From assembly GCA_964196355.1 (NCBI GenBank), contig CAXMTO010000242.1:1648-65647 (forward strand): DNA of 64,000 bases. Direction: 5' to 3'. Position 1 is the stretch's first letter. The number at the start of each line of letters is the position of its first letter. The notes under the pieces were generated by a model that saw only the letters and a list, made by a program, of their open reading frames with translations, searched no databases and was not told where the DNA came from. The translations under genes and the position numbers were made by a program. Positions 17,863 through 31,300 of this stretch are shown one piece after another. The DNA is from an uncultured Myxococcota bacterium. Lineage in GTDB: Bacteria > Desulfobacterota > Desulfobulbia > Desulfobulbales > Desulfocapsaceae.

Positions 17863-17938
17863 GCTGGCGTAGCTCAATTGGTAGAGCTCCTCACTTGTAA
17901 TGAGGTTGTTGTGGGTTCAAGTCCTATCGCCAGCTCCA
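17863..17938 (+). tRNA. tRNA-Thr(TGT)
   Basis: GCTGGCGTAGCTCAATTGG...CCTCA-CTTGTAA-TGAGG...GTTCAAGTCC...CCA. Confidence 0.96.
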
Positions 17939-18088
17939 AAAATAAAAACCACTTTACAAAGTGATGGAAAGAGTATATAGGTGTCTGGTATTTTTTAGTG
18001 CCTGGTAGATTTTTGCTTATTTTCTGTTTTAACTGGAAAAATCTGATAAAGGCGCTTGTCTCGTTAGTCGGGACTAGACATTTCCCCT

Positions 18089-18174
<86 letters not shown>

Positions 18175-18209
18175 TACCATTTCGCTTTATAAGGTGAGAA
18201 ATATCCTGA

Positions 18210-18285
18210 GCGGGAATAGCTCAATTGGTAGAGCATCAGCCTTCCAAGCTGAGGGTTGCGAGTTCGAGTCTCGTTTCCCGCTCCA
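18210..18285 (+). tRNA. tRNA-Gly(TCC)
   Basis: GCGGGAATAGCTCAA...TCAGC-CTTCCAA-GCTGA...CCA. Confidence 0.97.
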
Positions 18286-18315
18286 TGTATTTATTTCTCG
18301 TATTGAGACTATGAG

Positions 18316-18391
<76 letters not shown>

Positions 18392-18451
18392 GTTAGATAT
18401 GAGATGCAACCAGTAACGTAACTTTCTAAAACGGCCTGAGGAGACAAGAAG

Positions 18452-19642
18452 ATGTCAAAACAAAAATTTGAAAGGACTAAGCCGCATGTCAATGTCGGGA
18501 CGGTCGGTCACATCGATCATGGCAAGACTACCTTGACCGCTGCGATAACTCGTGTCTTATCTTTAAAAGGTCAGGCAACTTTTACTGACTTCAGCGATAT
18601 TGATAAGGCGCCCGAAGAGAAAGAGCGTGGGATTACCATTGCGACGGCGCATGTTGAATATGAGACAGTAAATCGCCACTATGCGCATGTGGATTGCCCG
18701 GGGCACGCGGATTATATAAAAAACATGATCACCGGTGCTGCCCAGATGGATGGAGCTATCCTCGTTGTTGCGGCAACTGATGGAGCAATGCCGCAGACAA
18801 GAGAGCATATTCTTCTCGCACGTCAGGTAGGTGTTCCAGCTATCGTTGTGTTTCTTAATAAATGCGATATGGTGGATGACGAGGAACTTATCGAACTGGT
18901 GGAGATGGAACTTCGTGAACTGCTCGACAAGTATGAGTTTCCTGGTGATGATATCCCTTTTGTGCAGGGGTCAGCACTGAAGGCACTTGAGAATCCGGAA
19001 GATGAGGAAGACGCCAAGTGTGTGTGGGAGCTTATGGAAGCAATTGATACCTACATACCAGAACCAGAGCGGGATGTGGATCAGCCTTTCCTGATGCCGA
19101 TTGAGGATGTCTTTTCAATTTCTGGTCGTGGAACTGTGGCAACCGGTCGTATCGAGCGAGGAGTTGTTCACGTTGGTGATGAGGTTGAGATAGTAGGGAT
19201 AAAAGAGACCCAGAAGACTACCTGTACTGGTGTTGAGATGTTTCGTAAACTCCTTGACGAAGGGCAGGCCGGAGATAACATCGGTGCCTTGCTTCGAGGA
19301 ATAAAGCGTGAAGAAATAGAGCGTGGACAGGTTCTTGCTGCGCCCAAATCTATTCAACCACATACTAAGTTTAAGGCTGAATGTTATATTCTTGGTAAAG
19401 ATGAAGGTGGTCGCCACACTCCATTTTTTAATGGATACCGGCCCCAGTTTTATTTTAGAACAACAGATGTCACGGGCGTCGTAACCTTGGAAGAAGGTGT
19501 TGAGATGGTAATGCCCGGTGATAATATAGCTGCAGAGATCGAGTTGATTACCCCGATAGCAATGGATGCTGGATTGCGTTTTGCCATTCGGGAAGGTGGT
19601 CGTACTGTTGGTGCCGGCGTTATCAGTGAGGTTGTTGGCTGA
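18452..19642 (+). CDS. tuf: Elongation factor Tu (tRNA-linked copy)
   Basis: [29 protein letters not shown]. Confidence 0.98.
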   Translation: MSKQKFERTKPHVNVGTVGHIDHGKTTLTAAITRVLSLKGQATFTDFSDIDKAPEEKERGITIATAHVEYETVNRHYAHVDCPGHADYIKNMITGAAQMDGAILVVAATDGAMPQTREHILLARQVGVPAIVVFLNKCDMVDDEELIELVEMELRELLDKYEFPGDDIPFVQGSALKALENPEDEEDAKCVWELMEAIDTYIPEPERDVDQPFLMPIEDVFSISGRGTVATGRIERGVVHVGDEVEIVGIKETQKTTCTGVEMFRKLLDEGQAGDNIGALLRGIKREEIERGQVLAAPKSIQPHTKFKAECYILGKDEGGRHTPFFNGYRPQFYFRTTDVTGVVTLEEGVEMVMPGDNIAAEIELITPIAMDAGLRFAIREGGRTVGAGVISEVVG

Positions 19643-19716
19643 TTACTGCACGATAAAATTATATTGTCCTGTGTCTGTAAATCAGCGCAGGGCAATTTTT
19701 TGTATAGGATAAAGTG

Positions 19717-19866
19717 ATGAGAGATATCGTGACCCTGGCATGTGGCAGTTGCAAGCGTCGTAACTACACGACTACGAAGAACAAGAGAAACACACCGAAT
19801 AAGTTGCTGTTTAACAAATATTGCCCATTTTGCAGGGTGCATACACCACATAAAGAAACAAAATAA
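19717..19866 (+). CDS. rpmG: 50S ribosomal protein L33 (Zn-ribbon type)
   Basis: Manual translation [49 protein letters not shown]. Confidence 0.95.
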   Translation: MRDIVTLACGSCKRRNYTTTKNKRNTPNKLLFNKYCPFCRVHTPHKETK

Positions 19867-19877
19867 TCGTTTCGTGC

Positions 19878-19954
19878 AGGCCAGTAGCTCTAATTGGTAG
19901 AGCGCCGGACTCCAAATCCGGATGTTGGGGGTTCGAGTCCCTCCTGGCCTGCCA
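19878..19954 (+). tRNA. tRNA-Trp(CCA)
   Basis: AGGCCAGTAGCTC...CCGGA-CTCCAAA-TCCGG...CCTGCCA. Confidence 0.97.
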
Positions 19955-20027
19955 TAGTTGTTTGAAGGGGTGAAAAACTTTTCTAATGGTTGTATTGTAC
20001 CAAGGGAAATTCAGCTTAATACTTCTG

Positions 20028-20142
20028 TTAACACCCCACAAGGGGGTATAAGTACCTTGCTGGTATATGTAACCACATAATATTAAACTACATTCCTCAG
20101 TTTCTTGTTTTTTATTACAGAATTTCAGGAGTAAGGTACTAA
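20028..20142 (-). mobile_element. Family A element, copy 2
   Basis: Reverse complement TTAG-TACCTTACTCCTGAAA...TATACCCCCTTGTGGGGTG-TTAA, 115 bp, colinear with copy 1. Confidence 0.9.
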
Positions 20143-20303
20143 AAAGAGAAGTGGACTACCCGGTTGAATTACTTACTCTGGGGTATAATTGTCTGCACAA
20201 ATGTAATTTCTGCAAATCTTTCTTCTGCACTCTTTCGAAGAAGGGCATAACCAGAAAATATTTACTAAGGTTCTGATAAGGTTGATGTGAGGGGAGACTG
20301 GAT

Positions 20304-20552
20304 ATGGCAGCTAAGACAAAATCGAAAAAGAACCGGATTGTGAAGGTGGAAGAACCATCGCCATATTCACCTGCCCAGATAAAAAAATTTGCTGCAGAAG
20401 TCAAGGTGGAGTTTTTAAAGATTGTCTGGCCCGATAAAAAAATGACTTTGGGACTTACCGGTATTGTCGTCGCTTTGACTGTTGTAATATCAATCTATCT
20501 TGGGACAGTTGACCTTTTGTTGGGTAAGGTTGTGGCGTCGATCTTGAGGTAA
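20304..20552 (+). CDS. secE: Preprotein translocase SecE
   Basis: FAAEVKVEFLKIVWPDKK plus one TM helix; between tRNA-Trp and nusG. Confidence 0.93.
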   Translation: MAAKTKSKKNRIVKVEEPSPYSPAQIKKFAAEVKVEFLKIVWPDKKMTLGLTGIVVALTVVISIYLGTVDLLLGKVVASILR

Positions 20553-20587
20553 AGAAGCAGGGAAATTCACTTCCCATATTTATTGGT

Positions 20588-20702
20588 TTAGTACCTTACT
20601 TCAGATATTCTGTCATAATAAACAAGAAGCTGAGGAATGTAGCTTAAAATTATGTGGTTAGATATATCACCAAGATACTTATATCCCCTTGTGGGGTGTT
20701 AG
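20588..20702 (+). mobile_element. Family A element, copy 3
   Basis: TTAG-TACCTTACTTCAGA...TATATCCCCTTGTGGGGTG-TTAG, 115 bp. Confidence 0.9.
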
Positions 20703-20768
20703 AGGAAGATTTATCGTATCTCCCCGATACGTGAATCGTTTCTCCAAATTTTTCCATATATAGATCTT

Positions 20769-21302
20769 ATGGCACGACAATGGTACATCCTTCAGGTTCA
20801 CTCAGGCTTTGAAGAGAAGGTTAAGGCTACTCTTGAGGAGCGTATTAAGAAAGATGGGTTGGAGGAATTCTTCGGTGAAATTCTTGTGCCTGCTGAACAA
20901 GTTGTAGAGATGATTAAGGGGGCTAGAAAAACTTCGAGTAGAAGGTTTTTCCCTGGTTATATGCTTGTCAGCATGGATTTGAATGATGAAACATGGCACA
21001 CAATTCATCAGAATATGCCTCGCGTGGTTGGCTTTGTCGGTGATGATCGGGACCCCATCCCTTTGTCAGATGAGGATGCCGCCAAAATCATCGGAAGAAT
21101 TCAGGATGGTTCTGAGAGGCCTCGACCGAAGGTTATTTTTAATATTGGCGAGGTGGTCCGAGTAACCGATGGACCGTTTGCTAATTTCCAGGGAGTTGTG
21201 GATGAAGTTTTCCCGGAAAAAGGACGAGTACGCGTAATGGTCTCAATTTTTGGAAGAGAGACTCCCGTCGAACTGGAATTTGTTCAGGTTGCGAATACTT
21301 AA
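20769..21302 (+). CDS. nusG: Transcription factor NusG
   Basis: WYILQVHSGFEEKV, FFPGY, VTDGPFANF, VSIFGRETPVELEF. Confidence 0.97.
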   Translation: MARQWYILQVHSGFEEKVKATLEERIKKDGLEEFFGEILVPAEQVVEMIKGARKTSSRRFFPGYMLVSMDLNDETWHTIHQNMPRVVGFVGDDRDPIPLSDEDAAKIIGRIQDGSERPRPKVIFNIGEVVRVTDGPFANFQGVVDEVFPEKGRVRVMVSIFGRETPVELEFVQVANT

Positions 21303-21394
21303 GAAATATCGACATTACAGTTCCCCCGTCGGATTCACAGAGTGAAGCTTGAGGGTTTTTGTTAAACAAAAGAGAGTTACGTTGGAGTAATAAG

Positions 21395-21820
21395 ATGGCT
21401 AAAAAACAAATGGCATTTATCAAACTGCAAATTCCGGCTGGTAAAGCTAATCCGTCTCCACCTGTCGGACCCGCGCTTGGGCAGCAGGGTGTTAATATCA
21501 TGGAGTTTTGCAAGAGTTTCAATGCGAAAACACAAGCCATGGGTGATACGATTGTTCCTGTTGTAATTACTGTATATCAGGATCGTTCTTTCAGCTATAT
21601 AACTAAAACGCCACCAGCATCAGTTTTGCTGTTGAAAGCTGCCGGTTTAAGCAAGGGATCAAGTAATCCTAAGACCGAACGTGTTGCTGAAGTAGGGCGT
21701 GATAAGATTCGTGAAATTGCTGAAATTAAAATGGTAGACCTGAACGCATACGACGTTGAGGGCGCTATGCGTATTATCGAAGGTACTGCCAGGAGCGCTG
21801 GTATTACTGTCGTTGACTGA
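21395..21820 (+). CDS. rplK: 50S ribosomal protein L11
   Basis: [21 protein letters not shown]; ATG 21395 after SD ggag. Confidence 0.97.
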   Translation: MAKKQMAFIKLQIPAGKANPSPPVGPALGQQGVNIMEFCKSFNAKTQAMGDTIVPVVITVYQDRSFSYITKTPPASVLLLKAAGLSKGSSNPKTERVAEVGRDKIREIAEIKMVDLNAYDVEGAMRIIEGTARSAGITVVD

Positions 21821-21879
21821 ATTTTTAAAAATCAATACTGCTGGCAGGACTACAGGTCCTGCATGAGTAGGAGGCTAAA

Positions 21880-22584
21880 ATGCCGAAGCACGGGAAAAAA
21901 TTTAGAGCTAAGTCTGAAGGTGTAGATCGTACCGTCCTTTATAGTGTAGAAGACGGAACTAAAAAAGTTATTGCATCTACATTTACAAAATTTGATGAGA
22001 CATTTGATGTTGCCATGAAACTTGGGGTTGATCCCCGGCATGCAGACCAGATGATACGGTCATCAGTTTCCCTTCCGCATGGGACGGGGAAAGTTTCACG
22101 AGTGCTCGTCTTTGCTAAAGGGGCCAAAGAAGCTGAAGCGTTGGAGGCCGGCGCTGATTATGTAGGTGGTGATGACCTCGTTGAGAAAATCAAGGAAGGG
22201 TGGCTGGAATTCGATAAAACAGTCGCAACTCCCGATATGATGGGAACCGTAGGTAAAATTGGTAGAATATTAGGGCCTAGAAATCTAATGCCCAACGCTA
22301 AACTAGGCACCGTAACCTTTGATGTGGCCAAAGTTGTAAGCGAGATTAAAGGCGGCAAGGTTGATTTTAGAGTTGATAAGGCTGGTATTATTCACGCTGG
22401 GATTGGTAAGGTATCGTTTGGCCCTGAAAAGCTGATTGAAAATCTCCTGGCATTTGCCAAACGCATTGTTCAGTTAAAGCCATCTGCAAGTAAGGGCGTC
22501 TACTTAAAGAGTATGACAATTTCTTCTACTATGGGCCCTGGTGTAAAACTTGATCCTCTCGATGTGAGGACCTTGACCAAGTAG
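21880..22584 (+). CDS. rplA: 50S ribosomal protein L1
   Basis: [35 protein letters not shown]. Confidence 0.97.
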   Translation: MPKHGKKFRAKSEGVDRTVLYSVEDGTKKVIASTFTKFDETFDVAMKLGVDPRHADQMIRSSVSLPHGTGKVSRVLVFAKGAKEAEALEAGADYVGGDDLVEKIKEGWLEFDKTVATPDMMGTVGKIGRILGPRNLMPNAKLGTVTFDVAKVVSEIKGGKVDFRVDKAGIIHAGIGKVSFGPEKLIENLLAFAKRIVQLKPSASKGVYLKSMTISSTMGPGVKLDPLDVRTLTK

Positions 22585-22622
22585 GTATTGTTTCTTACCA
22601 GCGGCATCGCTGCGGTAAGTTT

Positions 22623-22685
22623 AGTCGAAGACAGTGGGTACGAAATGTTTAATTGTGGATTATTCACGACCTGCCGAGACCTAAG
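22623..22685 (+). promoter_or_regulatory. L10 leader (rplJ autoregulatory RNA)
   Basis: GTCGAAGACAGTGGG...TTTAA...CCTGCCGAGAC resembles the L10-binding leader core and lies upstream of rplJ. Confidence 0.7.
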
Positions 22686-22799
22686 GACAGAAGTACTTCT
22701 ATTCTGAATTGTTGAGAGTTGAGTCTTATTCCTGCCTTAATGTTCCGTGTAACTGCTGTTTCGAATTGTTTCATTTTAATTTAACCCAGGAGGAGTGCT

Positions 22800-23324
22800 T
22801 TGAATCGTGATGAAAAAGTGACCCTTGTCTCGGATTTGAATGATTCGTTCAGCCGAGCAAAATTTACAATCGTCGCTGACTATTGTGGTTTGAAAGTTTC
22901 TGAATTACAGCAAATTCGTATAGAACTTAGAAATTGTGATTCAGAGATTAGAATAGCCAAAAATACTCTCCTTAGGCGAGCAGCACAAGACACTGGCAAT
23001 GCAGCGCTGAACGACGATTTCGTTGGCACCACTGCCGTTGTTATGTCTTATGCGGATCCAGTTGCACCAGCGAAGGCAATAGCAAAATTTGCCGACGATT
23101 TTGCAGAGTTCACGATCCGGTCTGCCGTACTAGATGGAGAGAAAATTAGTGTTGATGAGTTAGTTGCTCTATCAAAACTCCCTACCAAGGAAGTTCTGCT
23201 TGGGCAATTATTATCTACCTGGAACAATGTGCCAACCGGTCTTGTACAGGTCCTCACTGGTGTACCGCGTACTTTTGTATATGGACTTCAGGCTCTCAAA
23301 GAAAAAAAAGAATCTGACAATTAA
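22800..23324 (+). CDS. rplJ: 50S ribosomal protein L10 (TTG start)
   Basis: AKNTLLRRA, LSKLPTKEVLLGQL; position; SD aggagg. Confidence 0.95.
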   Translation: MNRDEKVTLVSDLNDSFSRAKFTIVADYCGLKVSELQQIRIELRNCDSEIRIAKNTLLRRAAQDTGNAALNDDFVGTTAVVMSYADPVAPAKAIAKFADDFAEFTIRSAVLDGEKISVDELVALSKLPTKEVLLGQLLSTWNNVPTGLVQVLTGVPRTFVYGLQALKEKKESDN

Positions 23325-23364
23325 TTCGGAATAGTAATTTTCACTAAAAATGAGGTAATTTATC

Positions 23365-23745
23365 ATGGCAGTTACAAAAGAAGATGTAATAGAGTTTATT
23401 TCCAATATGACCGTCCTTGAGCTCTCTGAGTTAATCAAGGAGTTTGAAGATAAATTTGGTGTTTCGGCAGCGGCTCCTATTGCTGTAGCGGCCGCAGGTG
23501 GTGCAGCAGGTGGGGACGCTCCCGCTGAAGAACAGACCGAATTCGATGTAATTCTTGCTAGTTTTGGCGATCAGAAAATCAAGGTTATCAAAGAGGTCCG
23601 AGCTATCACCGGTCTTGGTTTAAAAGAGGCCAAAACTCTCGTTGAATCTGCCCCTGCTCCTCTGAAAGAAGCTGTTTCCAAGGAAGAAGCTGAGGAAATG
23701 AAAGCAAAGATTGAAGGTGTAGGCGCCACTGTAGAAATCAAGTAG
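23365..23745 (+). CDS. rplL: 50S ribosomal protein L7/L12
   Basis: [28 protein letters not shown]. Confidence 0.97.
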   Translation: MAVTKEDVIEFISNMTVLELSELIKEFEDKFGVSAAAPIAVAAAGGAAGGDAPAEEQTEFDVILASFGDQKIKVIKEVRAITGLGLKEAKTLVESAPAPLKEAVSKEEAEEMKAKIEGVGATVEIK

Positions 23746-23790
23746 GAAGATGCATACATTGTTGTTCTGACAAACAACAATTACAGTTAG

Positions 23791-23834
23791 ACATAACACG
23801 CTAGGGGAGGAACCTCGTAGCGTGTTGTGTTTTT
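23791..23834 (+). terminator. Terminator/attenuator between rplL and rpoB
   Basis: ACATAACACGCTA...TAGCGTGTTGTGTTTTT. Confidence 0.7.
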
Positions 23835-24115
23835 AAGGACACGAAATTTTCACCGGAAATACCGTGTGATGTCAGGTGGTTCTGGTTTTCTGTGTTTTCG
23901 TTTTTCTTGCCGGAGAGAGTTTCTTTAAAAAGAACCTTAATCTGCCTGAAAACAATGATTAGGTTCTGGCTGTCTTTTGTATAGATATTTTTTCTGCGTT
24001 TTTATCCACTAGGTTGGATATAAATGCAGATATAAACTCTAGTGAAATATAAAAGTCAAGGCCACACTTATGAACTCCGACTTTTTCGTACGATGAGGCA
24101 ATTTCGAGGATAATT

Positions 24116-27100
24116 ATGGAAAGAATCAGAAAGAACTTTGCCACGGCTGAAACCATTTTAAAGCCACCACATCTGATATCCATGCAGCGACTCTCCTATG
24201 AGAAGTTCCTGCAAATGGATTCTGAACCTGATGAAAGGGAAGACTATGGCCTCCAGGCGATCTTAAAAAATGTATTTCCAATTAATGATTTTAACGGAGT
24301 CTGCTCTCTGGAGTTCGTAAGATATAAATATGGAGAGCCTAAATATACAGTCCAGGAATGTCAGCAACGAGGGATGACGTATGACATACCTCTTAAAATA
24401 GTTGTCAGATTGATCACTTTCGACGTAGATGGAGAGACCGGAGTACAGTCAATCCGTGATATCAAAGAGCAGGAGGTTTTTCTCGGGTCGCTTCCCCTTA
24501 TGACCGGGGATGGAGTCTTTGTGATAAATGGAACCGAGAGGGTTATTGTTTCTCAGTTACAGCGTTCTCCCGGCCTCTTCTATACCCACGATAACGGTAA
24601 AAGCCACTCCAGTGGTAAACTTCTTTATTCCGCCAGAATAATCCCTGTGAGGGGATCCTGGATTGATCTTGAATTTGATATAAAGGATGTGCTCCATGTA
24701 CGGATTGACAGACGGAGAAAGTTTCCCGTCACTACCCTGTTGAAGGCAATTGGATATACCGCTGAGCAGCTTCTTGAAGAGTTTTATCCGCTGAGTATTA
24801 TACGGAAAACTGCCGAAGGCTATTCGAAGAGTTTTGACAGTGAACTGTACCTTGGTAAACGGCTTGAGTTTGATCTTATTAACCCTGCTGACGGTGAAAT
24901 ATTAGGCAAACAGGGGAGGAAAATTTCCAAAGCCCTCTGCAAAAAAATTGAAGCGTCTGCAATCGAATTTTTGCCTTGTTCGCCAGAGAGCCTTGTTGGT
25001 AAAATGCTGGCAAATAGTATTATCGATGAAGAGAGTGGCGATCCCCTCGCCCTCTGCAATAGTGAAATCACTGAATCTGTTCTTGAATCGCTGGACCAGG
25101 CTGGTATCTCGGAATTCAAAATCCTTCATATTGACGGTATAACCTATTCCGATTCTTTCAGTAAAACCCTGACACTGGATAAGGCTAAAGATCATGAAGC
25201 AGCGCTTCTTGAAATCTATCGTCGTCTGAGGCCTTCCAGTCCGCCGACTCTTGAAGTTGCCGAACTCTTTTTTGAAAATCTCTTTTTTAATGAAGACCTA
25301 TATGATCTTTCTGAGGTCGGTAGATATAAAATCAACGCTAAATTGGGTCTTGAAGTAGATATAAATCATCGTGCACTGACCCGGCCAGATATCGTTCACG
25401 CTGTCCGTCATCTTGTTCGCCTGAAAGATTCTCAAGGTGGTGTCGATGACATTGATCATCTTGGTAACAGGCGCGTGAGGACTGTTGGTGAGCTAGTAGA
25501 AAATCAATACCGTATGGGGCTCGTTCGCATGGAGCGGGCAATTAAGGAAAGGATGACTCTGCAGGACGTGGAGACTTTAATGCCCCATGATCTGGTCAAC
25601 CAGAAACCCATATCCGCAGCCATTAAAGAGTTTTTTGGGACAAGTCAGCTGTCTCAGTTCATGGATCAGACCAATCCGCTGTCAGAGGTTACCCATAAGC
25701 GTAGATTGAGTGCACTCGGACCCGGGGGATTATCCAGAGAAAGAGCCGGCTTTGAAGTTCGTGACGTCCACCCCACCCACTATGGTCGTATTTGTCCTGT
25801 GGAAACTCCAGAGGGACCCAATATCGGCCTTATTGTTTCTCTGGCAACCTATGCGCGAGTTAACCCATACGGGTTTATAGAGTCACCCTACAGGAAAGTT
25901 GAGGACCGGATAGTTCTGGAAGAGGTTGATTATCTGAGTGCCTTGCAGGAACAGAACCAGATAATAGCCCCCGCTTTGACGGAAGTTGACGAAAACCACA
26001 GGATCACTCCGGAAATGCTGACCATCAGAGAGGAGGGGGAAGTTCTCACCGACTCTGCTGAGAATGTTACCTATATGGATGTCGCACCTAACCAGATGAT
26101 TAGTGTCGCTGCATCTCTTGTACCCTTTCTTGAAAATGATGATGCTAACCGGGCGCTTATGGGCTCTAATATGCAGCGTCAGGCTGTCCCTCTTCTCAAA
26201 ACATCTGCTCCTCTTGTCGGTACTGGAATGGAAAGGTACGTGGCTCAAGATTCCGGGGCATGTCTTTTGAGTGCCGGGGACGGTGTGGTTGAAGAGTCTG
26301 ATTCCAATCGAATTGTTGTTCGCTATGAAGAACCGGGCACCGACGGATACGAGACTGGAGTGGCAGTTTACAGGCTGCAGAAATATAAAAAATCTAATCA
26401 GAACACCTGTTTTAACCAGATTCCTCTGGTCGTTCCCGGAATGAAGGTTAAAAAGGGCACTGTTCTGGCAGATGGACCTTCCTGCGAGGAAGGTGAAATC
26501 GCCATTGGAAAGAACGTAACTATTGCCTTTATGCCCTGGCGCGGATTTAACTTTGAGGATTCCATTCTAGTAAATGAAAGGCTTCTCAAAGAGGATACCT
26601 ATACCTCTGTCCACATAGAAGTTTTCGAGACTATGGCCAGAGACACAAAGCTTGGCAAAGAGGAGATAACCCGTGATATTCCTAACGTCAGTGAGGACAC
26701 TCTCCGGAATCTTGATGAATCCGGTATTGTCCGGATTGGAGCGGAGCTTAAACCCGGTGATACGCTCGTAGGTAAGGTTACTCCCAAAGGAGAAACTGTA
26801 CTCTCACCTGAAGAAAAACTGCTCCGCGCTATTTTTGGCGAAAAGGCACAGGATGTTAAAGACTCGTCGCTGCGGGTACCGCCGGGTGTGAGCGGAGTAG
26901 TGATTGACGCTAAAGTGTTTTCACGCAAAGGGGTGGACAAAGATGAACGCTCCTTGATGATTGAAGATCTGGAAATTGAAAAGCTCAACCAGGACAAACT
27001 GGATGAACTGAGCAGTCTCAAGAAGGCAGTATGCCGAGATATTGGAGATATAGTCGAGGGCCGGACGGCAAAAGAAGATGTCGTCGATGCCAAAGGGAAT

Positions 27101-28195
27101 GTTCTCGTCAAGCTTGGCAAAAAGATCAGCAAGATGCATGTGGAGTTGATAGGGTTTGATTCTCTCCGCACTATCGATTTTTCAGAGAAGGCGAAATACC
27201 AGGAGTCCGTAGATGCTGTCTTTGAACGCTATAACAACCAGGCTCGTCTGATCTCTGAGCGTTATGATGGGATCATTGAGAGGATGAAAAAAGGTGATGA
27301 TCTGCCTCCAGGTGTAGTTAAAATGGTAAAAGTATACGTTGCCACCAAGAGGAAACTCTCGGTAGGTGACAAAATGGCGGGTCGCCACGGGAATAAAGGC
27401 GTTGTCTCCAGATTATTGCCTGAGGAAGATATGCCGTTTTTCCAAGACGGCACAACTGTTGATATAGTTCTTAACCCCCTTGGCGTACCCTCACGTATGA
27501 ATGTTGGACAGGTACTTGAGGTGCATTTGGGGTTTGCTGCCAAAAAACTAGGGGAACAACTTGAAGTTCTGGCCCTCACCCAGGCAGTTGACCAGATTAA
27601 AGAGAAACTTCAATCAGTCTATTCTAAAGAAGAATATGAGGCAATAGTCGGCGACAAGGCAGATAGCGAGGTCATTGAATGGGCGCGGCGTCATCAAGAC
27701 GGTCTGCATATGGCCACACCTGTTTTCGATAGTGCTCCGGAGGCGGAGATTCGCCGGTTACTCGTTGAAGCTGGTGTTGACGAGGTCGGTCAGAGCCAGC
27801 TGTATGATGGTTTGACTGGAGAGCCGTTTGCCAACAGGGTCACGGTTGGAGTGATGTATATGCTGAAACTGCATCATCTTGTTGACAATAAAATCCACGC
27901 CAGGTCAACTGGTCCTTATTCTCTTGTTACGCAGCAGCCACTGGGTGGAAAAGCTCAGTTTGGTGGACAGCGACTCGGGGAGATGGAAGTGTGGGCGATG
28001 GAAGCGTACGGCGCAGCCTATACACTTAAGGAATTTCTTACTGCAAAGTCAGATGACGTTGAAGGTCGAACAACTATGTATGAACGCATAGTGAAAGGTA
28101 ACAATTTTCTGACAACCGGTCTTCCGGAGTCATTTAACGTTCTCGTTAAAGAACTCCAGGCCCTTTGTCTGAATATGGAACTTATTGAAGAATAA
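24116..28195 (+). CDS. rpoB: RNA polymerase beta subunit
   Basis: [53 protein letters not shown]. Confidence 0.98.
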   Translation: MERIRKNFATAETILKPPHLISMQRLSYEKFLQMDSEPDEREDYGLQAILKNVFPINDFNGVCSLEFVRYKYGEPKYTVQECQQRGMTYDIPLKIVVRLITFDVDGETGVQSIRDIKEQEVFLGSLPLMTGDGVFVINGTERVIVSQLQRSPGLFYTHDNGKSHSSGKLLYSARIIPVRGSWIDLEFDIKDVLHVRIDRRRKFPVTTLLKAIGYTAEQLLEEFYPLSIIRKTAEGYSKSFDSELYLGKRLEFDLINPADGEILGKQGRKISKALCKKIEASAIEFLPCSPESLVGKMLANSIIDEESGDPLALCNSEITESVLESLDQAGISEFKILHIDGITYSDSFSKTLTLDKAKDHEAALLEIYRRLRPSSPPTLEVAELFFENLFFNEDLYDLSEVGRYKINAKLGLEVDINHRALTRPDIVHAVRHLVRLKDSQGGVDDIDHLGNRRVRTVGELVENQYRMGLVRMERAIKERMTLQDVETLMPHDLVNQKPISAAIKEFFGTSQLSQFMDQTNPLSEVTHKRRLSALGPGGLSRERAGFEVRDVHPTHYGRICPVETPEGPNIGLIVSLATYARVNPYGFIESPYRKVEDRIVLEEVDYLSALQEQNQIIAPALTEVDENHRITPEMLTIREEGEVLTDSAENVTYMDVAPNQMISVAASLVPFLENDDANRALMGSNMQRQAVPLLKTSAPLVGTGMERYVAQDSGACLLSAGDGVVEESDSNRIVVRYEEPGTDGYETGVAVYRLQKYKKSNQNTCFNQIPLVVPGMKVKKGTVLADGPSCEEGEIAIGKNVTIAFMPWRGFNFEDSILVNERLLKEDTYTSVHIEVFETMARDTKLGKEEITRDIPNVSEDTLRNLDESGIVRIGAELKPGDTLVGKVTPKGETVLSPEEKLLRAIFGEKAQDVKDSSLRVPPGVSGVVIDAKVFSRKGVDKDERSLMIEDLEIEKLNQDKLDELSSLKKAVCRDIGDIVEGRTAKEDVVDAKGNVLVKLGKKISKMHVELIGFDSLRTIDFSEKAKYQESVDAVFERYNNQARLISERYDGIIERMKKGDDLPPGVVKMVKVYVATKRKLSVGDKMAGRHGNKGVVSRLLPEEDMPFFQDGTTVDIVLNPLGVPSRMNVGQVLEVHLGFAAKKLGEQLEVLALTQAVDQIKEKLQSVYSKEEYEAIVGDKADSEVIEWARRHQDGLHMATPVFDSAPEAEIRRLLVEAGVDEVGQSQLYDGLTGEPFANRVTVGVMYMLKLHHLVDNKIHARSTGPYSLVTQQPLGGKAQFGGQRLGEMEVWAMEAYGAAYTLKEFLTAKSDDVEGRTTMYERIVKGNNFLTTGLPESFNVLVKELQALCLNMELIEE

Positions 28196-28315
28196 CCGGT
28201 AAAACTCTGAGTTGGTGACAGGTCTTTATTTGTTACCTTAGGGTTAGATTGCTTCAGTACTGTGGTATCCGTCAGGTACCGGAGAAATCGAGTAATATAA
28301 GGGAGAGGTGATTTC

Positions 28316-31300
28316 GTGGAAGAGTTGTTTAATTTTTTTCAAAAACCGAAAGCCCCGGTAAAATTTAAGAAGGTACAGATATCCCTTGCTTCCCCTGAGA
28401 AAATCATGGAATGGACGCATGGTGAGGTGAAGAAACCTGAGACGATCAACTACAGGACCTTCAAGCCTGAACGAGACGGTTTATTCTGTGCCAAAATATT
28501 CGGTCCAGTGAAGGACTTTGAATGCAACTGCGGTAAATATAAACGCATGAAGCATCGCGGAGTCGTATGCGAGAAATGTGGTGTAGAGGTTATACAGTCC
28601 AAGGTCCGACGTGAGAGACTGGGACACATTAAGCTTGCCGCGCCCGTCGCCCATATCTGGTTTCTGAAAAGTCTTCCGAGTAAGATCGGAGCTGTTCTTG
28701 ATATGACCCTGAAACAGCTCGAAAAAATACTTTATTTTGAGCAGTATGCAGTCGTCGAGTCTGAGACAGATCATTTACTCCCCGGGACTCTTTTGACCGA
28801 AGAGAAATACAGGCAGGCCAGAACTGATTATCCAGGACAATTTAAAGTTGGGATAGGTGCAGAAGCTATAAGGAACCTCCTTTCCTCCAAAGACCTCACA
28901 AAACTTTCCGCACAGTTGCGGGAAGAAATGTCAAGCACCAATTCGAAGACCAAAAGACAAAAGCTTGGCAAGCGACTTTTTGTAATTGAAGCCTTTAGAG
29001 ATTCAGGAAATAAGCCAGAGTGGATGATCCTGGAAGTTATACCGGTGCTGCCCCCTGATCTTCGTCCGCTCGTTCCGCTGGAAGGTGGTCGTTTTGCTAC
29101 TTCAGACCTGAACGATCTCTACAGAAGGGTTATCAACCGGAACAACAGACTCAAGAGACTGCTGGAACTCGATGCACCCGATATCATAATTCGTAATGAG
29201 AAGAGGATGTTGCAGGAGGCTGTGGACGTTCTGTTTGATAATGGAAGGCGCGGCAGGGTGATAACCGGGGGCAATAAGCGTCCTCTAAAATCATTATCTG
29301 ACATGCTGAAGGGCAAGCAGGGTCGGTTCAGGCAGAATCTCCTCGGTAAACGTGTTGATTATTCAGGTCGTTCTGTTATTGTCGTCGGCCCGCACCTCCG
29401 TCTCCATCAATGCGGCATACCAAAAAAGATGGCGTTGGAGCTGTTCAAACCTTTTATATATAATAAGCTAGAGAGAAAAGGGTATGTCACCACCATAAAA
29501 AGCGGACGTAAAATGGTGGAAAAAGGAGTTAAGGAAGTATGGGATGTTCTTGATGAAGTAGTCACTGAATACCCGGTCATTTTGAATCGCGCTCCCACCC
29601 TGCACAGGCTTGGAATGCAGGCTTTTGAGGCTGTACTCATAGAGGGAAAAGCCATTCAGCTGCATCCATTGGTTTGTATGGCGTTTAACGCTGATTTCGA
29701 CGGTGATCAGATGGCAGTCCATGTACCGTTATCTGTAGAAGCACAGGTTGAAGCCAGAGTCCTGATGATGTCCACAAACAATATTCTTTCTCCTGCAAAC
29801 GGAGAACCTGTGATCATTCCATCACAGGATATTGTTCTGGGCCTCTATTACATGAGTCGTGAGCGAATCAATGCGCCCGGTGAAGGTAAGGTCTTTGCGT
29901 CCGATGAAGAAGCTATTATAGCCTATGATTACGGGGTAGTACATCTTCAGGCTAAGGTTAAGGTCAGGAAGAATGGCGAATTGATCGAAACGACTATCGG
30001 ACGTTTGCTTCTTGGTCAGCTTTTGCCAGATTCTGTCAAATTTGAGGAAGTGAATCAGGTAATGACCAAAAAAGCGCTTGCTGCACTTATTGACCATACC
30101 TACAGAAATGCCGGCACCAAAGACACTGTAATCCTCGCAGATAGATTGAAAGATATCGGCTATGAATATGCTACCAGAGCCGGAATCTCCATATGTATTA
30201 ATGATATGAAAATTCCTCTCAACAAGGAGGAGTTTGTAGAGAACGCTGAAAAGAATGTCTTTGATGTTGAGCAGCAGTATACGGATGGGCTTATAACTTC
30301 AGGTGAGAAGTATAATAAGGTAGTTGATATCTGGTCCAAGGTGACTGATGATGTTGCCAATGCCATGATGGATGAAATCAAGGTAGATTATTTCCATGAC
30401 AAGGACGGTAAAGTTGTAGAGGCGCCAAGTTTCAACTCAATTTTTATAATGGCAGATTCAGGTGCCCGTGGTTCGAGAGATCAGATTCGCCAGTTAGCCG
30501 GTATGCGTGGTCTTATGGCAAAACCGTCGGGGGCGATTATTGAAACCCCGATCAAGGCAAATTTCAGGGAAGGCCTCGGTGTTCTTGAATATTTCATTTC
30601 AACCCATGGCGCGCGTAAGGGTCTTGCGGATACAGCTCTGAAGACGGCCAACTCCGGATATCTCACGAGAAGGCTCGTCGATGTCGCGCAGGAGTCTACG
30701 ATAGTAGAAAAAGATTGCAGGACGATCGATGGCATGATTGCAGAACCACTGATGGATGGTGGCGAGATCATTGTTCCCCTCGGTGACAGGATACTCGGAA
30801 GGGTGACTCTTGATGATGTGATTGATCCTTTTAATGATACGGTTATTATCCCTGCCGGGGAGCAGATTACCGAGGAGAAGGTGACCCAGATCATGGAGAC
30901 AGGCATTGATAAGATTGCTATTCGGTCTGTTCTCAGTTGCAGGTCAAAACGGGGAGTATGTGCTGCATGCTATGGCCGCGACCTTGGACGTGGGCATATG
31001 GTTAATATAGGTGAGGCTGTCGGGGTGATCGCAGCCCAGTCTATTGGAGAACCCGGGACCCAACTCACAATGCGTACCTTCCATGTGGGCGGTACTGCGA
31101 GCAGATCTGTTGAACAGGCAGAATTACAGACCCATATCGGTGGTGAGGTTACTTTTTTTAATCTTCATTCTGTCGAAAATGCTGAAGGAACCAGAATCGT
31201 TATGAATCGAAACGCTGAGATTGTCATCAAGGACGAACTCGGGCGGGAAAGAGAGCGATTCAAGGTTAATTACGGCGCGCAGCTTCTTGTAAAAGAGGGT

